DNA from: a virus
Taxonomy: Duplodnaviria; Caudoviricetes
Length of the DNA stretch: 57,315 nt
Direction: 5' to 3' (one strand)
Virus record (IMG/VR): IMGVR_UViG_3300020175_000009
Coordinates: 1 to 57,315 of that record
Below, piece after piece: positions 26,669 through 37,303 of this stretch; the stretch's first letter is position 1; each line of letters starts with the position of its first letter. Position numbers and translations under genes: made by a program. Under the pieces are notes generated by a model that saw nothing but the letters and a program-made list of their open reading frames with translations, was not told the origin of the DNA and made no database searches.

Positions 26669-29212
26669 ATGGACGAAGATCTAATTGCAATGATACACGC
26701 AGCTTACCCATGGGCCAGTGAGGCTACTATGGATAGTATTGCAAGTGTTAATCCTGCCGGTTATAATCAAGCGGTACAGGCAATGCGTAAACTTGGCGTA
26801 CAATTAGATCCATTGCAAACAGAACGAGCCGCAGATAAGCTGAAAAAAGAAACAAGTAAAACTCTAAAAGCACTACAACGCGGTGAGAAAGCTGTTTCAG
26901 AAACACTTAGAACATTTGATAGAGATTTGGATCCATTAAACTCTATTATTGATATGCAAAAAATTGCAGGCGGACTTGTAGACGGGTTAGCTGAATCAAC
27001 AGCTGAGTTAGCTGGAAATGTACCGATAGTTGGAAAAAGAGTTAGCATGATCGCCGGCGCTGTCAGGGTAGGTACTGCCGCTATATTAGGTGCTACAGCA
27101 TTCTTTGCTAAAGTTTTAACTGAACAAGAAAAAAGTATGCGAGCAATGATAGATTTGGGATTATTACCTGAAGATTTGCGCATTTATGACACTATAAGAC
27201 AACAAGCTGCATTTACTGGCATGAGTTTCAGTGAACTAACTGCACAATTTGCACAATATAAAGATGTCTTAGTTAATACAGGCGGCGGCTTTGCTAGAAA
27301 TGCCAGAGAAGTTTCTCAAGTTATCGCCAATGTACAGGCTAATAGTAATGTGCTTGGTGATATGGGTTATACTACTGAACAACTGAGTGCTAGATTTTTA
27401 GAAGAGGCTGATCTATTATATAAACTTGGTCAGATTGAATCAGTTAATACATCAACACAGCGCCGCATTAATGAAAATTTGCGCACTAGTTCAGAAATGG
27501 CAACAGTAATGGCCAGCTTAACTGGAGACTCACGTGAGGCAATGCTTAATGCAAGATCAGAAGCACTAAAAGATGTAAACTTCCGTTTAGCACTTCACCA
27601 AAATGAATCATATTTGATTGATAACTTTGGCGAAGGATCAGTCGACAGAATTACTGAAGCACAGGCCATTATTGGAACTGCATTTGAAAATGCAATACCT
27701 GGTATAGGTGCTTTAGTAGCAGACTTGTTACCTAACACTGTTAGAAATATACAATATGACAAAACATCTGTCAATGACGCAAGTGAAGAACTAAAAAATG
27801 TTTTAAAATTCTTACCAGGTGATGTGCAAAGACAGTTTTTTGATATTTTTGATAGAGCGGCAGTTGGTGACATAACAGATAACGAAATCGTAGCCGCAGT
27901 GGGTACTATTGCCGCAGGATTTTCCAATGCACCTACCACCTTCTCAAATTCAGCTGATGCTGTAAAATTTAGAGAAATGCAAGCAACAGCCAGTCTTGCA
28001 TTAGATAGTATTAAAAATGCAACTGTGGAATCTATACAAGCACAGCGTAAAATGGTGGGAAGTAATTCAGAATTAGCCGATGATTCGATCGATGCAATTG
28101 ATCAAGCAAGGATTGCATTTAGAACCACTGTTGATACTATCACGCCTGGGTTTCAAACAACATCAACTGCACTTGGTGCATTTGGTGGAACAGTTGATTC
28201 ATTAGGCCGAGTTATCTCATATGTATTTCCACAGATGGCAAGTTATGAGGAACAGCTTCGACGACAACAAGCGCGATATGAACAGGATGAAGAGGAAGAA
28301 AATAATCGTAATGAATTTTACTCAAATCCAAATGCATATCAATCATATATGCCAGGATACCAAAACCCAGGTAGTCCTGATACACAGGGACTTACACCTG
28401 AAATGTGGGATTACGCTAACCCAAATAGAGTAGCGCCTCCTCCTCCATCTGCTGATGAGCTGTTATATCAAGATTTACAAAGAAGACAAAATAATGGGAT
28501 GGAATTAACTGATAATGAATCTGCCACATTGTCTAGATTACAACAAGAAAGACAAGCCGGTCAAGTAGCGGCAGCAACCAATGTTGATCTTTCAGACGTA
28601 ACTACTAATTCAGCTATGAATCCATTGTTTAGTTTGGATGGAGCGAGTAGAATGACACAGGATACTGCTCCTGCACAAATGCAAGAAACACTGAGTGGTC
28701 CATATGCTGAGTTACAACGGATATTTGGCGCACCAGTTACAATTAATGATGCTATTGCCAAGTCGGGCACCACTAGAGAAACTAAAACCCCAGGTAGTCA
28801 GCACTTTCACGGAAGGGCATTAGATTTAAGTATACGGGGAATGAACGATGCTGAAAAAATGCGTCTTTTCAACAGTGCTATGGAAGCAGGATTTACAAGT
28901 TTTGGATTTGGTCAAAACATTATGCATGTTGATACTAGAGCTGGCGCATCTTCATGGACATACGGCGGACTAAGCACATTCGGCGGAGTATCAACTGATA
29001 TTTTGAAATCAAGAGTGGCTGGCGGATCATATACTCCAGTACAGCCTAGACCGCAAGCACCAGTAACTACAACAGCACCATCCAATGATGCAGAAATACA
29101 AGCAGAATTGGAACGAATTGAAAACGCAGCGGCTGCAGAAGCAGACGCAATAAGAAGAACCAGAGAAGCTCTAGAAAGCGATGGAGCTGCTAACGGTGGC
29201 GGAGGCAAATAA
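26669..29212 (+). CDS. Tape-measure-like protein 1 with C-terminal M15-type (LAS) peptidoglycan peptidase domain
   Basis: Long Ala/Gly-rich helical body; SQHFHGRALDL...IMHVDTR zinc-peptidase motif (HxxxxxxD...HxD). Confidence 0.68.
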   Translation: MDEDLIAMIHAAYPWASEATMDSIASVNPAGYNQAVQAMRKLGVQLDPLQTERAADKLKKETSKTLKALQRGEKAVSETLRTFDRDLDPLNSIIDMQKIAGGLVDGLAESTAELAGNVPIVGKRVSMIAGAVRVGTAAILGATAFFAKVLTEQEKSMRAMIDLGLLPEDLRIYDTIRQQAAFTGMSFSELTAQFAQYKDVLVNTGGGFARNAREVSQVIANVQANSNVLGDMGYTTEQLSARFLEEADLLYKLGQIESVNTSTQRRINENLRTSSEMATVMASLTGDSREAMLNARSEALKDVNFRLALHQNESYLIDNFGEGSVDRITEAQAIIGTAFENAIPGIGALVADLLPNTVRNIQYDKTSVNDASEELKNVLKFLPGDVQRQFFDIFDRAAVGDITDNEIVAAVGTIAAGFSNAPTTFSNSADAVKFREMQATASLALDSIKNATVESIQAQRKMVGSNSELADDSIDAIDQARIAFRTTVDTITPGFQTTSTALGAFGGTVDSLGRVISYVFPQMASYEEQLRRQQARYEQDEEEENNRNEFYSNPNAYQSYMPGYQNPGSPDTQGLTPEMWDYANPNRVAPPPPSADELLYQDLQRRQNNGMELTDNESATLSRLQQERQAGQVAAATNVDLSDVTTNSAMNPLFSLDGASRMTQDTAPAQMQETLSGPYAELQRIFGAPVTINDAIAKSGTTRETKTPGSQHFHGRALDLSIRGMNDAEKMRLFNSAMEAGFTSFGFGQNIMHVDTRAGASSWTYGGLSTFGGVSTDILKSRVAGGSYTPVQPRPQAPVTTTAPSNDAEIQAELERIENAAAAEADAIRRTREALESDGAANGGGGK

Positions 29213-31527
29213 TGGCAGAGAAAACATATAATATAAAATTACCCAATGGTGAGACTGTTGCAATACCAGCTTGGGCTACTGAATCGACATTGCGAGAAGT
29301 TAAACAAAAATTTGTAACTGTTTTAGGAAACGAAGAAAAGTTAATACAACTTCTAACTAAAGTCGACATCAGCGCAGATGATATTTCTGAATCAGTTGAA
29401 GAAGCTGCTGACGCAATGGGCGATGTTGCTGGATCAGTTGACTCTAAAACTGGCGCAGGTAGCAAAGTAGCTAAAAGTATATCCAGTGCATCTGGGGAGT
29501 TATTGTCAAGATTGGGAGACACTGACAAGCCACTTACATCAATGTTAGATATGGTTGGAGATATGACAGGTGCCATGGCAGATGGTGCAAGAAGTATGGC
29601 TAGCGGATCCAATAAACTTGGAAAAGTTGGAGAAATTTTTGGTGACTTTGTGCCAGGATTGGAAGCTGTTGGTGCCGCGGGCATGGCAGTGTTGGGATTT
29701 AATGCGGCTAAGATTGAACAGTTTGCAGAGGCACAGCAGAAAATGATTGATGCAGGCGCAATTGCGTTTGATGATGCAGGTACCTTTAATGAGTTATATA
29801 AACGAACAGCAGATGTGGGTATCAGCTATACTACATTTGTGGACACGATTGGAAATTTTGGATCTTCTATGATTGCACTAACTGGTGACATTAGTTCTGG
29901 TAGTGACAAGTTTTTATCCATGTTTACTGATATTGCTGATACAGCAGATCAGTTTGGAGATTTTGGTCTAAGTAACAATGAAATGATCACTGCCCTCGCT
30001 GAACAGGTTGAAATTATGCGTTTAACTGGTATTGTTAATCGAGACACACAAGATCAACAAACAGCAGTTAAAAATAGTTTTAATAACTTAATGCTGGAAC
30101 AAAGTGCATTTGCGTCACTAACTGGTATGAATCGTGCAGAGCTGTTGTCAGGTAGAAATGAAATATTATCACAAAGTAAAATGGCAGCTGCACTCAAGAG
30201 ATTAAATGAGCTTGGTTTGACTGGTCAAGTTGATATTAGTGAAGCACTAGCTACGCAATTTACTCTATTGAAACCGCATTTAGATGCAGCTGGTGTTGAA
30301 ACTGGAAGTGAACTACAGAGTGCAATTGCTGAGGAACTGTTTGTAACCAAAGATAATATTGGTGAATTTGATATTAGAAGAAGATTGCCAGCTGGTACTA
30401 TTACTTCAATCGAAAATACTATGCCTGGATTATTAGACAAAATTAATCAAGCATACCGAACTGGTGAAATTGAAAACCAAGCAAACTTCTTGGTAACAGA
30501 ATTTGTCAACATGAATACTGAAGTAGTTGCAGCAGCAACAAGTGTTGGTAGTTCAGCAATTACAGAAATACAAGCATTGCAAGCTGCAAGTGTACTGATG
30601 CAATCTAGTTTGTCTAATATTGCAACTATGACACAGGCAGAAATACAAGCAGAAATTGACAAAACAGCAGAAAATCTTGCAAATGCTGGCACAAGTACAG
30701 TGGCTATGAATACATTAGCTGTTGGTGTCAGAAACTTACAAGATGCATTTACTGTTGATTTAGATACAGCTAGTACTAAAGTTCTTGCACTTAGTGAAAC
30801 ATTTGCCGGCGCCGCACAAGACATTAATAAGTTTTTCGATCAATTGGGAGTAATGGACGTGGTTAGTGCTGAAAATATTGCTCAACGAATAGAAGCGGGA
30901 GAAAATATTACCGAAGACGAACAATTACAACTGTATTACTTTTTAGCAGATCAAAAGAACCAAGAGTTAGTTCAAGATGGCGGATTTTGGGCAGCACTTG
31001 GATATTTTAATAAAGGTGTAAACATGTTAGCAAAACCATTAGATCATATGATGCCACTAAGTGTAACTGGCGGAGACGAGAGCAATTGGTTTACTGGCGC
31101 CGCGGGAAATGAGGATTTGTTGAGAGAATTTCATGCACAGCGAGGCGGCGCACCAACTGGCAATAGGCGTGCAGGCGGCCAAGTGTCCGCTGGGCAAAAA
31201 TATTTAACTGGTGAGGCAGGACCAGAATATTTTGTACCTTCGCAAAATGGAACCATATTAAGTAATAACGCAATTGGTGGACAGGCATCAAGTGACGGGT
31301 TTAGTGTTAATGCAAATGTTAAACTAAATCAAAATATTATGTCTCCTCAAGTACAAGTTAATCAACAAGCAATGCAAAGCAACAATAGCGGAAGACTTGC
31401 AGAATTAAAAAGTATTCGACAGGCACGTGAAAGTAGTGTACAATACTTGCAAGAGTTAGAGTCTGTAGTAAAGCAGATGACAATGGCAAATCGACGACGT
31501 CGTAACCATCAGAGTGCAGATGTATAA
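29212..31527 (+). CDS. Tape-measure-like protein 2
   Basis: Helical body; C-terminal RAGGQVSAGQKYLTGEAGPEYFVP is the common tape-measure C-terminal motif. Confidence 0.68.
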   Translation: MAEKTYNIKLPNGETVAIPAWATESTLREVKQKFVTVLGNEEKLIQLLTKVDISADDISESVEEAADAMGDVAGSVDSKTGAGSKVAKSISSASGELLSRLGDTDKPLTSMLDMVGDMTGAMADGARSMASGSNKLGKVGEIFGDFVPGLEAVGAAGMAVLGFNAAKIEQFAEAQQKMIDAGAIAFDDAGTFNELYKRTADVGISYTTFVDTIGNFGSSMIALTGDISSGSDKFLSMFTDIADTADQFGDFGLSNNEMITALAEQVEIMRLTGIVNRDTQDQQTAVKNSFNNLMLEQSAFASLTGMNRAELLSGRNEILSQSKMAAALKRLNELGLTGQVDISEALATQFTLLKPHLDAAGVETGSELQSAIAEELFVTKDNIGEFDIRRRLPAGTITSIENTMPGLLDKINQAYRTGEIENQANFLVTEFVNMNTEVVAAATSVGSSAITEIQALQAASVLMQSSLSNIATMTQAEIQAEIDKTAENLANAGTSTVAMNTLAVGVRNLQDAFTVDLDTASTKVLALSETFAGAAQDINKFFDQLGVMDVVSAENIAQRIEAGENITEDEQLQLYYFLADQKNQELVQDGGFWAALGYFNKGVNMLAKPLDHMMPLSVTGGDESNWFTGAAGNEDLLREFHAQRGGAPTGNRRAGGQVSAGQKYLTGEAGPEYFVPSQNGTILSNNAIGGQASSDGFSVNANVKLNQNIMSPQVQVNQQAMQSNNSGRLAELKSIRQARESSVQYLQELESVVKQMTMANRRRRNHQSADV

Positions 31528-31530
31528 ATA
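31523..31530 (+). promoter_or_regulatory. Late promoter TATAAATA
   Basis: Exact T4 late consensus upstream of the portal gene. Confidence 0.8.
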
Positions 31531-31556
31531 CATATAGACAGAGGTATATTAATCAA

Positions 31557-33209
31557 ATGGCAGGTTGGAAGAAACATTTTACGAGGTACGACGGTGCAAC
31601 CGGTGGCTCAAAAACAGCAACATCACGTTGGCAAAGTTGGCTACCGGAAGTATATTCCGGACAACCAAATCGTGTTGAGCGTTATGTCCAGTATGATCAA
31701 ATGGATCAAGACAGTGAAATCAATGCTGCGCTGGATACTATTGCTGAATTTAGCACACAGACTGACTCAAATAATCAATTACCATTTAAGGTACATTTTA
31801 AAGATGAAGCGACTGAAAGTGAAGTAAATGCACTAGAGACTGCATTAAGTCAGTGGTGTAACATCAATGACTGGGAGCGTAGAGCATTTGGTATGTTCCG
31901 TTCAGCAATCAAATATGGTGATCAATTTTTTATTAGAGATGATGAAACTTATGTTCTAAACTGGGTTAATCCATCAGATGTTGTCAAGGCAGTGGTTAAC
32001 GAATCAACTGGTAAAGAAATTGATCAGTACATTGTAAAAAATATCCAACTTAATCTCGCAGACAAAGTTTTGGTTGATACTAGAAAAACAGATAATTCAA
32101 CAACAACACCGTTTATGCCAAACAGCAGAGGCGGCGGACAGCCGCAAGCATACCAAGGTATGGCAAACACACAAGAATTTGCGGTTGATGCAAAGCATAT
32201 GATCCATGTTAGCTTAACTGATGGCATGAATTTAGGATGGCCCTTCGGCAACAGTATACTTGACAGTGTTTTCAAAGTTTATAAACAAAAAGAATTGCTG
32301 GAAGATAGTATTATTATCTACCGCGTACAACGTGCGCCAGAACGTAGAGTATTTTATATTGATGTTGGTAACATGCCAGCACACAAAGCTATGGCTTTTG
32401 TTGAACGTACTAAAAATGAAGTACACCAAACTCGCATTCCAAACAAGTCCGGCGGTGGCACCAACGTAATGGATGCGGCATATAACCCATTATCAATCAT
32501 GGAAGATTATTTCTTCGCTCAAACAGCAGAGGGACGTGGTAGTAAAGTTGAAGTGTTACCAGGGGGTGACAATTTGGGTGAAATTGATGACTTGAAATAT
32601 TTCAACAATAAACTAATGCGTGGACTGAGAATTCCATCAAGTTATTTGCCCACAGGTGCAGATGATGGAACAATGACATATAATGATGGCCGAGTTGGCA
32701 CAGCATTAATTCAAGAATACAGGTTTGCAAAATATTGTGAACGTATTCAAAATATCCTACAACCATACTTGGATAAAGAATTTAAAATGTTCCTAAAGCA
32801 TCGTGGTATTGAAGTGCCTAGTAGCCTTTTTGATCTTAAATTTGTCGAATCACAGAGCTTCAGTCAATATCGTGATATTGAAATTGAATCACAACGAGCT
32901 CAATTATTTGGACAAGTTGAAGGTGTAGACTATATGAGTAGGCGCTTCATTATGAAGAAATACTTGGGATTAACTGAAGACGAACTAAGAGAAAATGAAC
33001 AAATGTGGAAAGAAGAGAATACTGAAAAAAGTGATTCAGGATTTGATGCGGCTAGTGAACTAGGTGGTTTAGGTGTTAGATCTGGAGACGTTGAAGGATT
33101 TGAACCCACTGATGTTGACGCTGAAGAAGCTGGTGGAGATGATATGTCAGACATGGATAGCCCAGTTGGAAGTGGAACAGAAACAGGAGACGAAGCAAAT
33201 GAGATTTAA
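31557..33209 (+). CDS. gp20: Portal protein
   Basis: LLEDSIIIYRVQRAPERRVFYIDVGNMP...EDYFF...GSKVEVLPGG.NLGEIDDLKYF. Confidence 0.97.
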   Translation: MAGWKKHFTRYDGATGGSKTATSRWQSWLPEVYSGQPNRVERYVQYDQMDQDSEINAALDTIAEFSTQTDSNNQLPFKVHFKDEATESEVNALETALSQWCNINDWERRAFGMFRSAIKYGDQFFIRDDETYVLNWVNPSDVVKAVVNESTGKEIDQYIVKNIQLNLADKVLVDTRKTDNSTTTPFMPNSRGGGQPQAYQGMANTQEFAVDAKHMIHVSLTDGMNLGWPFGNSILDSVFKVYKQKELLEDSIIIYRVQRAPERRVFYIDVGNMPAHKAMAFVERTKNEVHQTRIPNKSGGGTNVMDAAYNPLSIMEDYFFAQTAEGRGSKVEVLPGGDNLGEIDDLKYFNNKLMRGLRIPSSYLPTGADDGTMTYNDGRVGTALIQEYRFAKYCERIQNILQPYLDKEFKMFLKHRGIEVPSSLFDLKFVESQSFSQYRDIEIESQRAQLFGQVEGVDYMSRRFIMKKYLGLTEDELRENEQMWKEENTEKSDSGFDAASELGGLGVRSGDVEGFEPTDVDAEEAGGDDMSDMDSPVGSGTETGDEANEI

Positions 33210-33393
33210 TGAACTTGCACAAGATGCAACACAGGACAATTATGGTACTTGGGAGTTAGATGATACTCGCCGCCCCAAGCTAACACTTCGTCATTTAAAT
33301 AAAATGCGCAAAAAACGTGAAATGTCTAAAATGGAACATTCGGACATGGTCAATAGTTTTAAGGACATATATGCTAGACCGTCTGGTGAATAA
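33199..33393 (+). CDS. Small head-module protein (64 aa; position of T4 gp67/68)
   Basis: AGGAGA SD then MRFNEL...DDTRRPKLTLRHLNKMRK; overlaps the portal stop. The track's 33073 start is unlikely. Confidence 0.72.
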   Translation: MRFNELAQDATQDNYGTWELDDTRRPKLTLRHLNKMRKKREMSKMEHSDMVNSFKDIYARPSGE

Positions 33394-33476
33394 CTGCTTA
33401 TAAAACTATATTTTAAATTTTTTTAAACCAAAAGTGCGATTCTATTCGCATTATGTACTAGTCGCAACCAATGTGC

Positions 33477-33484
33477 CTTAAATA
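33477..33484 (+). promoter_or_regulatory. Late promoter variant (CTTAAATA)
   Basis: TAAATA core upstream of the head core operon. Confidence 0.5.
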
Positions 33485-33517
33485 CAATTGTTATAACCTA
33501 TCATGAAGGAGATTATT

Positions 33518-34360
33518 ATGAGTGCTCAAGATCGTTATACTAAAATTATTGAGAGCCTAGTGAATGGCGAAGAAGCAACAGCTTCTGAACTACTACACGA
33601 AGCTTTTGTAGAACGTGCTCGTGAGATCTGGTCAGATCTTGTAGAGCAAGACGATATCGTAGAAGACGATATCTCAGAAGAAGAACTAGAAGAAGCTATC
33701 GGCGACGAAGAAGCCGGTGACTTTATTGACGACATCGAAACTGATGAAGAAGAAATTGAAGCAGAAGAAGCGTTCGGCGAAGCTGACGAAGAAGAAGCTG
33801 AAATGGAACTTGCAACAGGCGACGACATGGACATGGAACCAGAAATGGGCGACATGGAAGGCGGCGATGATGGCGTTGAAGCAGAACTAGCAAACGTAGA
33901 AGATGCGCTTGCAGCTCTAAAAGCAGAATTTGCTAAAATCATGGGCGACGACGAAGCTGAAGGCGATGACATGGAACCAGAAATGGGTGACATGGACATG
34001 GACATGGATGACGAAGAAGAAGAGACTGAAGAGTCATTTGCTTTTGAATCAGACGAGTCAGATGAAGAGCTAGATGAAGAAGTTGAAGAAGCAGCTGACC
34101 TACAAAAGGTTGGTAAAGAAAATGCTATCCACCCAAAAGAAATGCCAGCAGGCGATGACGGTAAATCATCACCAACAGCAGGTAAAAATGACATGGGCGG
34201 CGAAACTATTAAAACTGGTGCAAAAGCATCAGCTGGTTCAGCAAAAGGCCTATCAGATGCAAAAGCAAAAGATATGGGCGTGACACATCCAGGCGACGGC
34301 GCAAAGCTATCACCTGAAACACGTGGCCACGGTGCTGAGAAAAAAGGTAGCGCCGAGTAA
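33518..34360 (+). CDS. Highly acidic prohead core protein
   Basis: Extremely D/E-rich, between portal and protease; AAGGAGA SD before ATG 33518. Confidence 0.7.
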   Translation: MSAQDRYTKIIESLVNGEEATASELLHEAFVERAREIWSDLVEQDDIVEDDISEEELEEAIGDEEAGDFIDDIETDEEEIEAEEAFGEADEEEAEMELATGDDMDMEPEMGDMEGGDDGVEAELANVEDALAALKAEFAKIMGDDEAEGDDMEPEMGDMDMDMDDEEEETEESFAFESDESDEELDEEVEEAADLQKVGKENAIHPKEMPAGDDGKSSPTAGKNDMGGETIKTGAKASAGSAKGLSDAKAKDMGVTHPGDGAKLSPETRGHGAEKKGSAE

Positions 34361-35004
34361 TGAATAACTTTACACTAAAAGAAAACTTATCATTTGATCA
34401 AGCTCAAATTGTAACCGAAGCCAAAGATGACGGCAAGGGCGGCAAGAGCTTGTATATGGAAGGTATCTTTGTGCAAGGTAATAAAGAAAACCAAAATAAA
34501 AGACGATACCCAGTTGATCAAATCGCAAATGCAGTTAATGCAATTCAAGAAAAGATCAGCAGTGGGTTTAGTGTATTAGGTGAAGCCGACCATCCAGATG
34601 ACTTACAAGTTAATTTGGATCGTGTAAGCCACATGATTGAAAAAATGTGGATGAACGGTGCAGACGGTTATGGTCGTCTAAAATTATTGCCAACTCCGAT
34701 GGGAAATATTTGTAAAACCCTACTGGAGAATGGCGTAAAACTTGGTGTATCAAGTCGCGGAAGTGGTAATGTTAATGACAGTGGAGTAGTTTCAGAATTT
34801 GAAATTCAAACTGTTGATATCGTTGCTAACCCAAGTGCTCCGGATGCTTATCCGGACCCACTTTATGAAGCGATTATGAATGGTAAACGTGGCAATATCC
34901 TTATGGACGTTGCAGGCGCTGCTACTCATGATGGTGCAGCTCAAAAGTATCTCCAGGAAGAGATGCTAAAATTTATTAATAACCTAGATATTAGGAGAAG
35001 ATAA
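34360..35004 (+). CDS. gp21: Prohead protease
   Basis: LGEADHP, GVSSRGSG, DIVANPSAPDAY. Confidence 0.96.
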   Translation: MNNFTLKENLSFDQAQIVTEAKDDGKGGKSLYMEGIFVQGNKENQNKRRYPVDQIANAVNAIQEKISSGFSVLGEADHPDDLQVNLDRVSHMIEKMWMNGADGYGRLKLLPTPMGNICKTLLENGVKLGVSSRGSGNVNDSGVVSEFEIQTVDIVANPSAPDAYPDPLYEAIMNGKRGNILMDVAGAATHDGAAQKYLQEEMLKFINNLDIRRR

Positions 35005-36098
35005 TGGCAAATGCAATTGAACAACTCCTAAGTTCAGAAGTACTTTCAGAAGAAGTGCGCTCAACACTAAGTGAGGCATTTGATGCTAAACTTAACGAAG
35101 CTCGTGAAGAAATCACAGTTGAACTACGTGAAGAGTTTGCACAGAGATATGAAACTGACAAAACACAGATGGTGGAAGCACTAGATGCAATGATGTCAGA
35201 TACAATCAAAAGTGAGTTAGTGGAATTTGCAGCAGACAAACGTGCAGCAGTTGAAGCGCAAGTAGAATACAAGCGCAAAATTGCTGAGCATGCAGCATTG
35301 CTTGACGGCTTTGTAATGGAAACTCTTAAAAAAGAGATTGCAGAACTACGTCAAGACCGCAAACTACAAGAAGGCAACTTCGAGAAGCTAGAGGACTTCG
35401 TGATGGAGCAACTAACTTCAGAACTTAATGAATTTCACCAAGACAAACAGGCTCTAATTGAAGAGAAAGTTCGTCTAGTGAAAGAAGGCAAGGAAATGAT
35501 TGCAACTACGAAAGAGAAGTTTATTTCTAAAGCAAGTGAAAAACTAGCAGGTATTGTTGAATCAACACTTACTAGTGAACTAAGTGTGCTTAAAGAAGAT
35601 ATTCAGTCAGCAAAAGAAAATATGTTTGGTCGTAAGATCTTTGAAACATTCGCTGCTGAGTTTATGAGCTCACATCTTTCAGAAGGAACAACAATTTCCA
35701 AGTTGAATGCAGAAATTACATCAATGAAATCAGCGTTAGCTGAATCAGAGAAAACAATTTCAGAAAAGGAAGCATTAATTGAAACGGCAACTAAAAGCGC
35801 AAAGCGCATTCAAGAGTCGAACACACGCAAGGAAACACTTGCAACTTTAATGTCACCTTTATCAAAAGACAAACGTGAACTAATGTCAAACTTACTAGAG
35901 TCAGTAGCAACTAACAAGTTACAAGCTGCCTTTAATAAGTATCTGCCAACAGTTTTAAACGAAAGCAGTGCAACAACAAAATCACGTACATTAACAGAAT
36001 CTCAGAAGACTGAGATCACAGGTAATAAGGCCAGCACACAGACATCTGAAAGCGAAGCCGAAATTATAAACCTTAAAAAACTAGCTGGTATCAAATAA
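35004..36098 (+). CDS. gp22: Prohead scaffolding protein
   Basis: Coiled-coil, E-rich, between gp21 and gp23; FGRKIFETFAAEF. Confidence 0.88.
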   Translation: MANAIEQLLSSEVLSEEVRSTLSEAFDAKLNEAREEITVELREEFAQRYETDKTQMVEALDAMMSDTIKSELVEFAADKRAAVEAQVEYKRKIAEHAALLDGFVMETLKKEIAELRQDRKLQEGNFEKLEDFVMEQLTSELNEFHQDKQALIEEKVRLVKEGKEMIATTKEKFISKASEKLAGIVESTLTSELSVLKEDIQSAKENMFGRKIFETFAAEFMSSHLSEGTTISKLNAEITSMKSALAESEKTISEKEALIETATKSAKRIQESNTRKETLATLMSPLSKDKRELMSNLLESVATNKLQAAFNKYLPTVLNESSATTKSRTLTESQKTEITGNKASTQTSESEAEIINLKKLAGIK

Positions 36099-36114
36099 TA
36101 AGGAGAATACCAAA

Positions 36115-37278
36115 ATGTCACAGAATTTATTCGAAAATTGGGACGTAACAAAAGGCGCCCTAACTGACGGTCTAACAGGCAATAAAAAGGTAGTAATGGA
36201 GTCAGTTCTTGAAAACACAAAGAGCTATCTTTCAGAATCTGCAGCCTCAGGCTCAACAATGGCTGGCAACATTGCCACAATGAACAAAGTTATCTTACCG
36301 GTAATCCGTCGCGTAATGCCAACGGTTATCGCTAACGAACTAGTTGGCGTACAGCCAATGACTGGCCCAGTAGGCCAAATCCACACACTACGTGTACGTT
36401 ACTCAGAAACAGCAGCTGGCGTTAACGCTGGTGACGAAGCTCTTTCACCATTTGCAATTGCAAAAGGTTACTCAGGTGACGCATCAACAGGTGGTCCATC
36501 TTCAACAGCTTCAATGGAAGCAGAAGCAGGCCGTCGTTTAAGTATCCAGGTACTAAAGCAAACTGTAGAAGCAAAAACACGCAAGCTATCAGCACGTTGG
36601 ACTTTTGAAGCAGCACAAGATGCTAACTCAATGCATGGTCTAGACGTAGAAGCTGAAATCATGCAAGCACTAGCACAAGAAATCACAGCAGAGATCGACC
36701 AAGAAGTTCTAGGTTCTCTACGTGTTCTAGCTGGTACAGCTACAGACACATACGACCAAGGTAACGTATCAGGTCAAGCAACATTCGTTGGTGACCAACA
36801 CGCAGCTCTAGCAGTTCTAATCAACCGCGCAGCTAACCTAATTGCAACACGCACACGTCGTGGCGCTGGTAACTACGTTGTTGTTTCACCAACAATGCTA
36901 ACAGTTCTACAATCAGCTACAACTTCAGCGTTTGCACGTACAACAGAAGGTCCTTTCGAGGCACCAACTAACACAAAATTCGTAGGTACACTAAACAACA
37001 CAATGCGTGTTTTTGTAGACCAGTATGCGAACGATTCAACTGATATCCTAGTTGGCTACAAAGGCGAAGGCGAAATGGACGCAGCTGCGTTCTATTGCCC
37101 ATACATCCCGCTAATGTCTTCAGGCACAGTACTAGACCCAGCAACATTCGAACCAACAGTGTCATTCATGACACGTTACGGTTACGTAGAGCTAAACAAC
37201 CAAGCTTCATCACTTGGTAACGCAGCTGACTACCTAGCTAAAATCGGTGTTAACTCTGGCGCACTATCATTCCAGTAA
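36115..37278 (+). CDS. gp23: Major capsid protein
   Basis: IRRVMPTVIANELVGVQPMTGP, KTRKLSARWTFEAAQD, FYCPYIPL, MTRYG. Confidence 0.97.
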   Translation: MSQNLFENWDVTKGALTDGLTGNKKVVMESVLENTKSYLSESAASGSTMAGNIATMNKVILPVIRRVMPTVIANELVGVQPMTGPVGQIHTLRVRYSETAAGVNAGDEALSPFAIAKGYSGDASTGGPSSTASMEAEAGRRLSIQVLKQTVEAKTRKLSARWTFEAAQDANSMHGLDVEAEIMQALAQEITAEIDQEVLGSLRVLAGTATDTYDQGNVSGQATFVGDQHAALAVLINRAANLIATRTRRGAGNYVVVSPTMLTVLQSATTSAFARTTEGPFEAPTNTKFVGTLNNTMRVFVDQYANDSTDILVGYKGEGEMDAAAFYCPYIPLMSSGTVLDPATFEPTVSFMTRYGYVELNNQASSLGNAADYLAKIGVNSGALSFQ

Positions 37279-37303
37279 GTTTTTACTAGAATATAAAATA
37301 ATT

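Noticed and set aside
33535-34194. 219-aa Ser-rich antisense ORF
   Set aside because: Mirror of the GAA/GAC-rich acidic core gene.
22051-37278. Inteins or introns in gp46, portal, protease or capsid genes
   Set aside because: The ORFs are continuous and of ordinary length, with no visible intein splice motifs.
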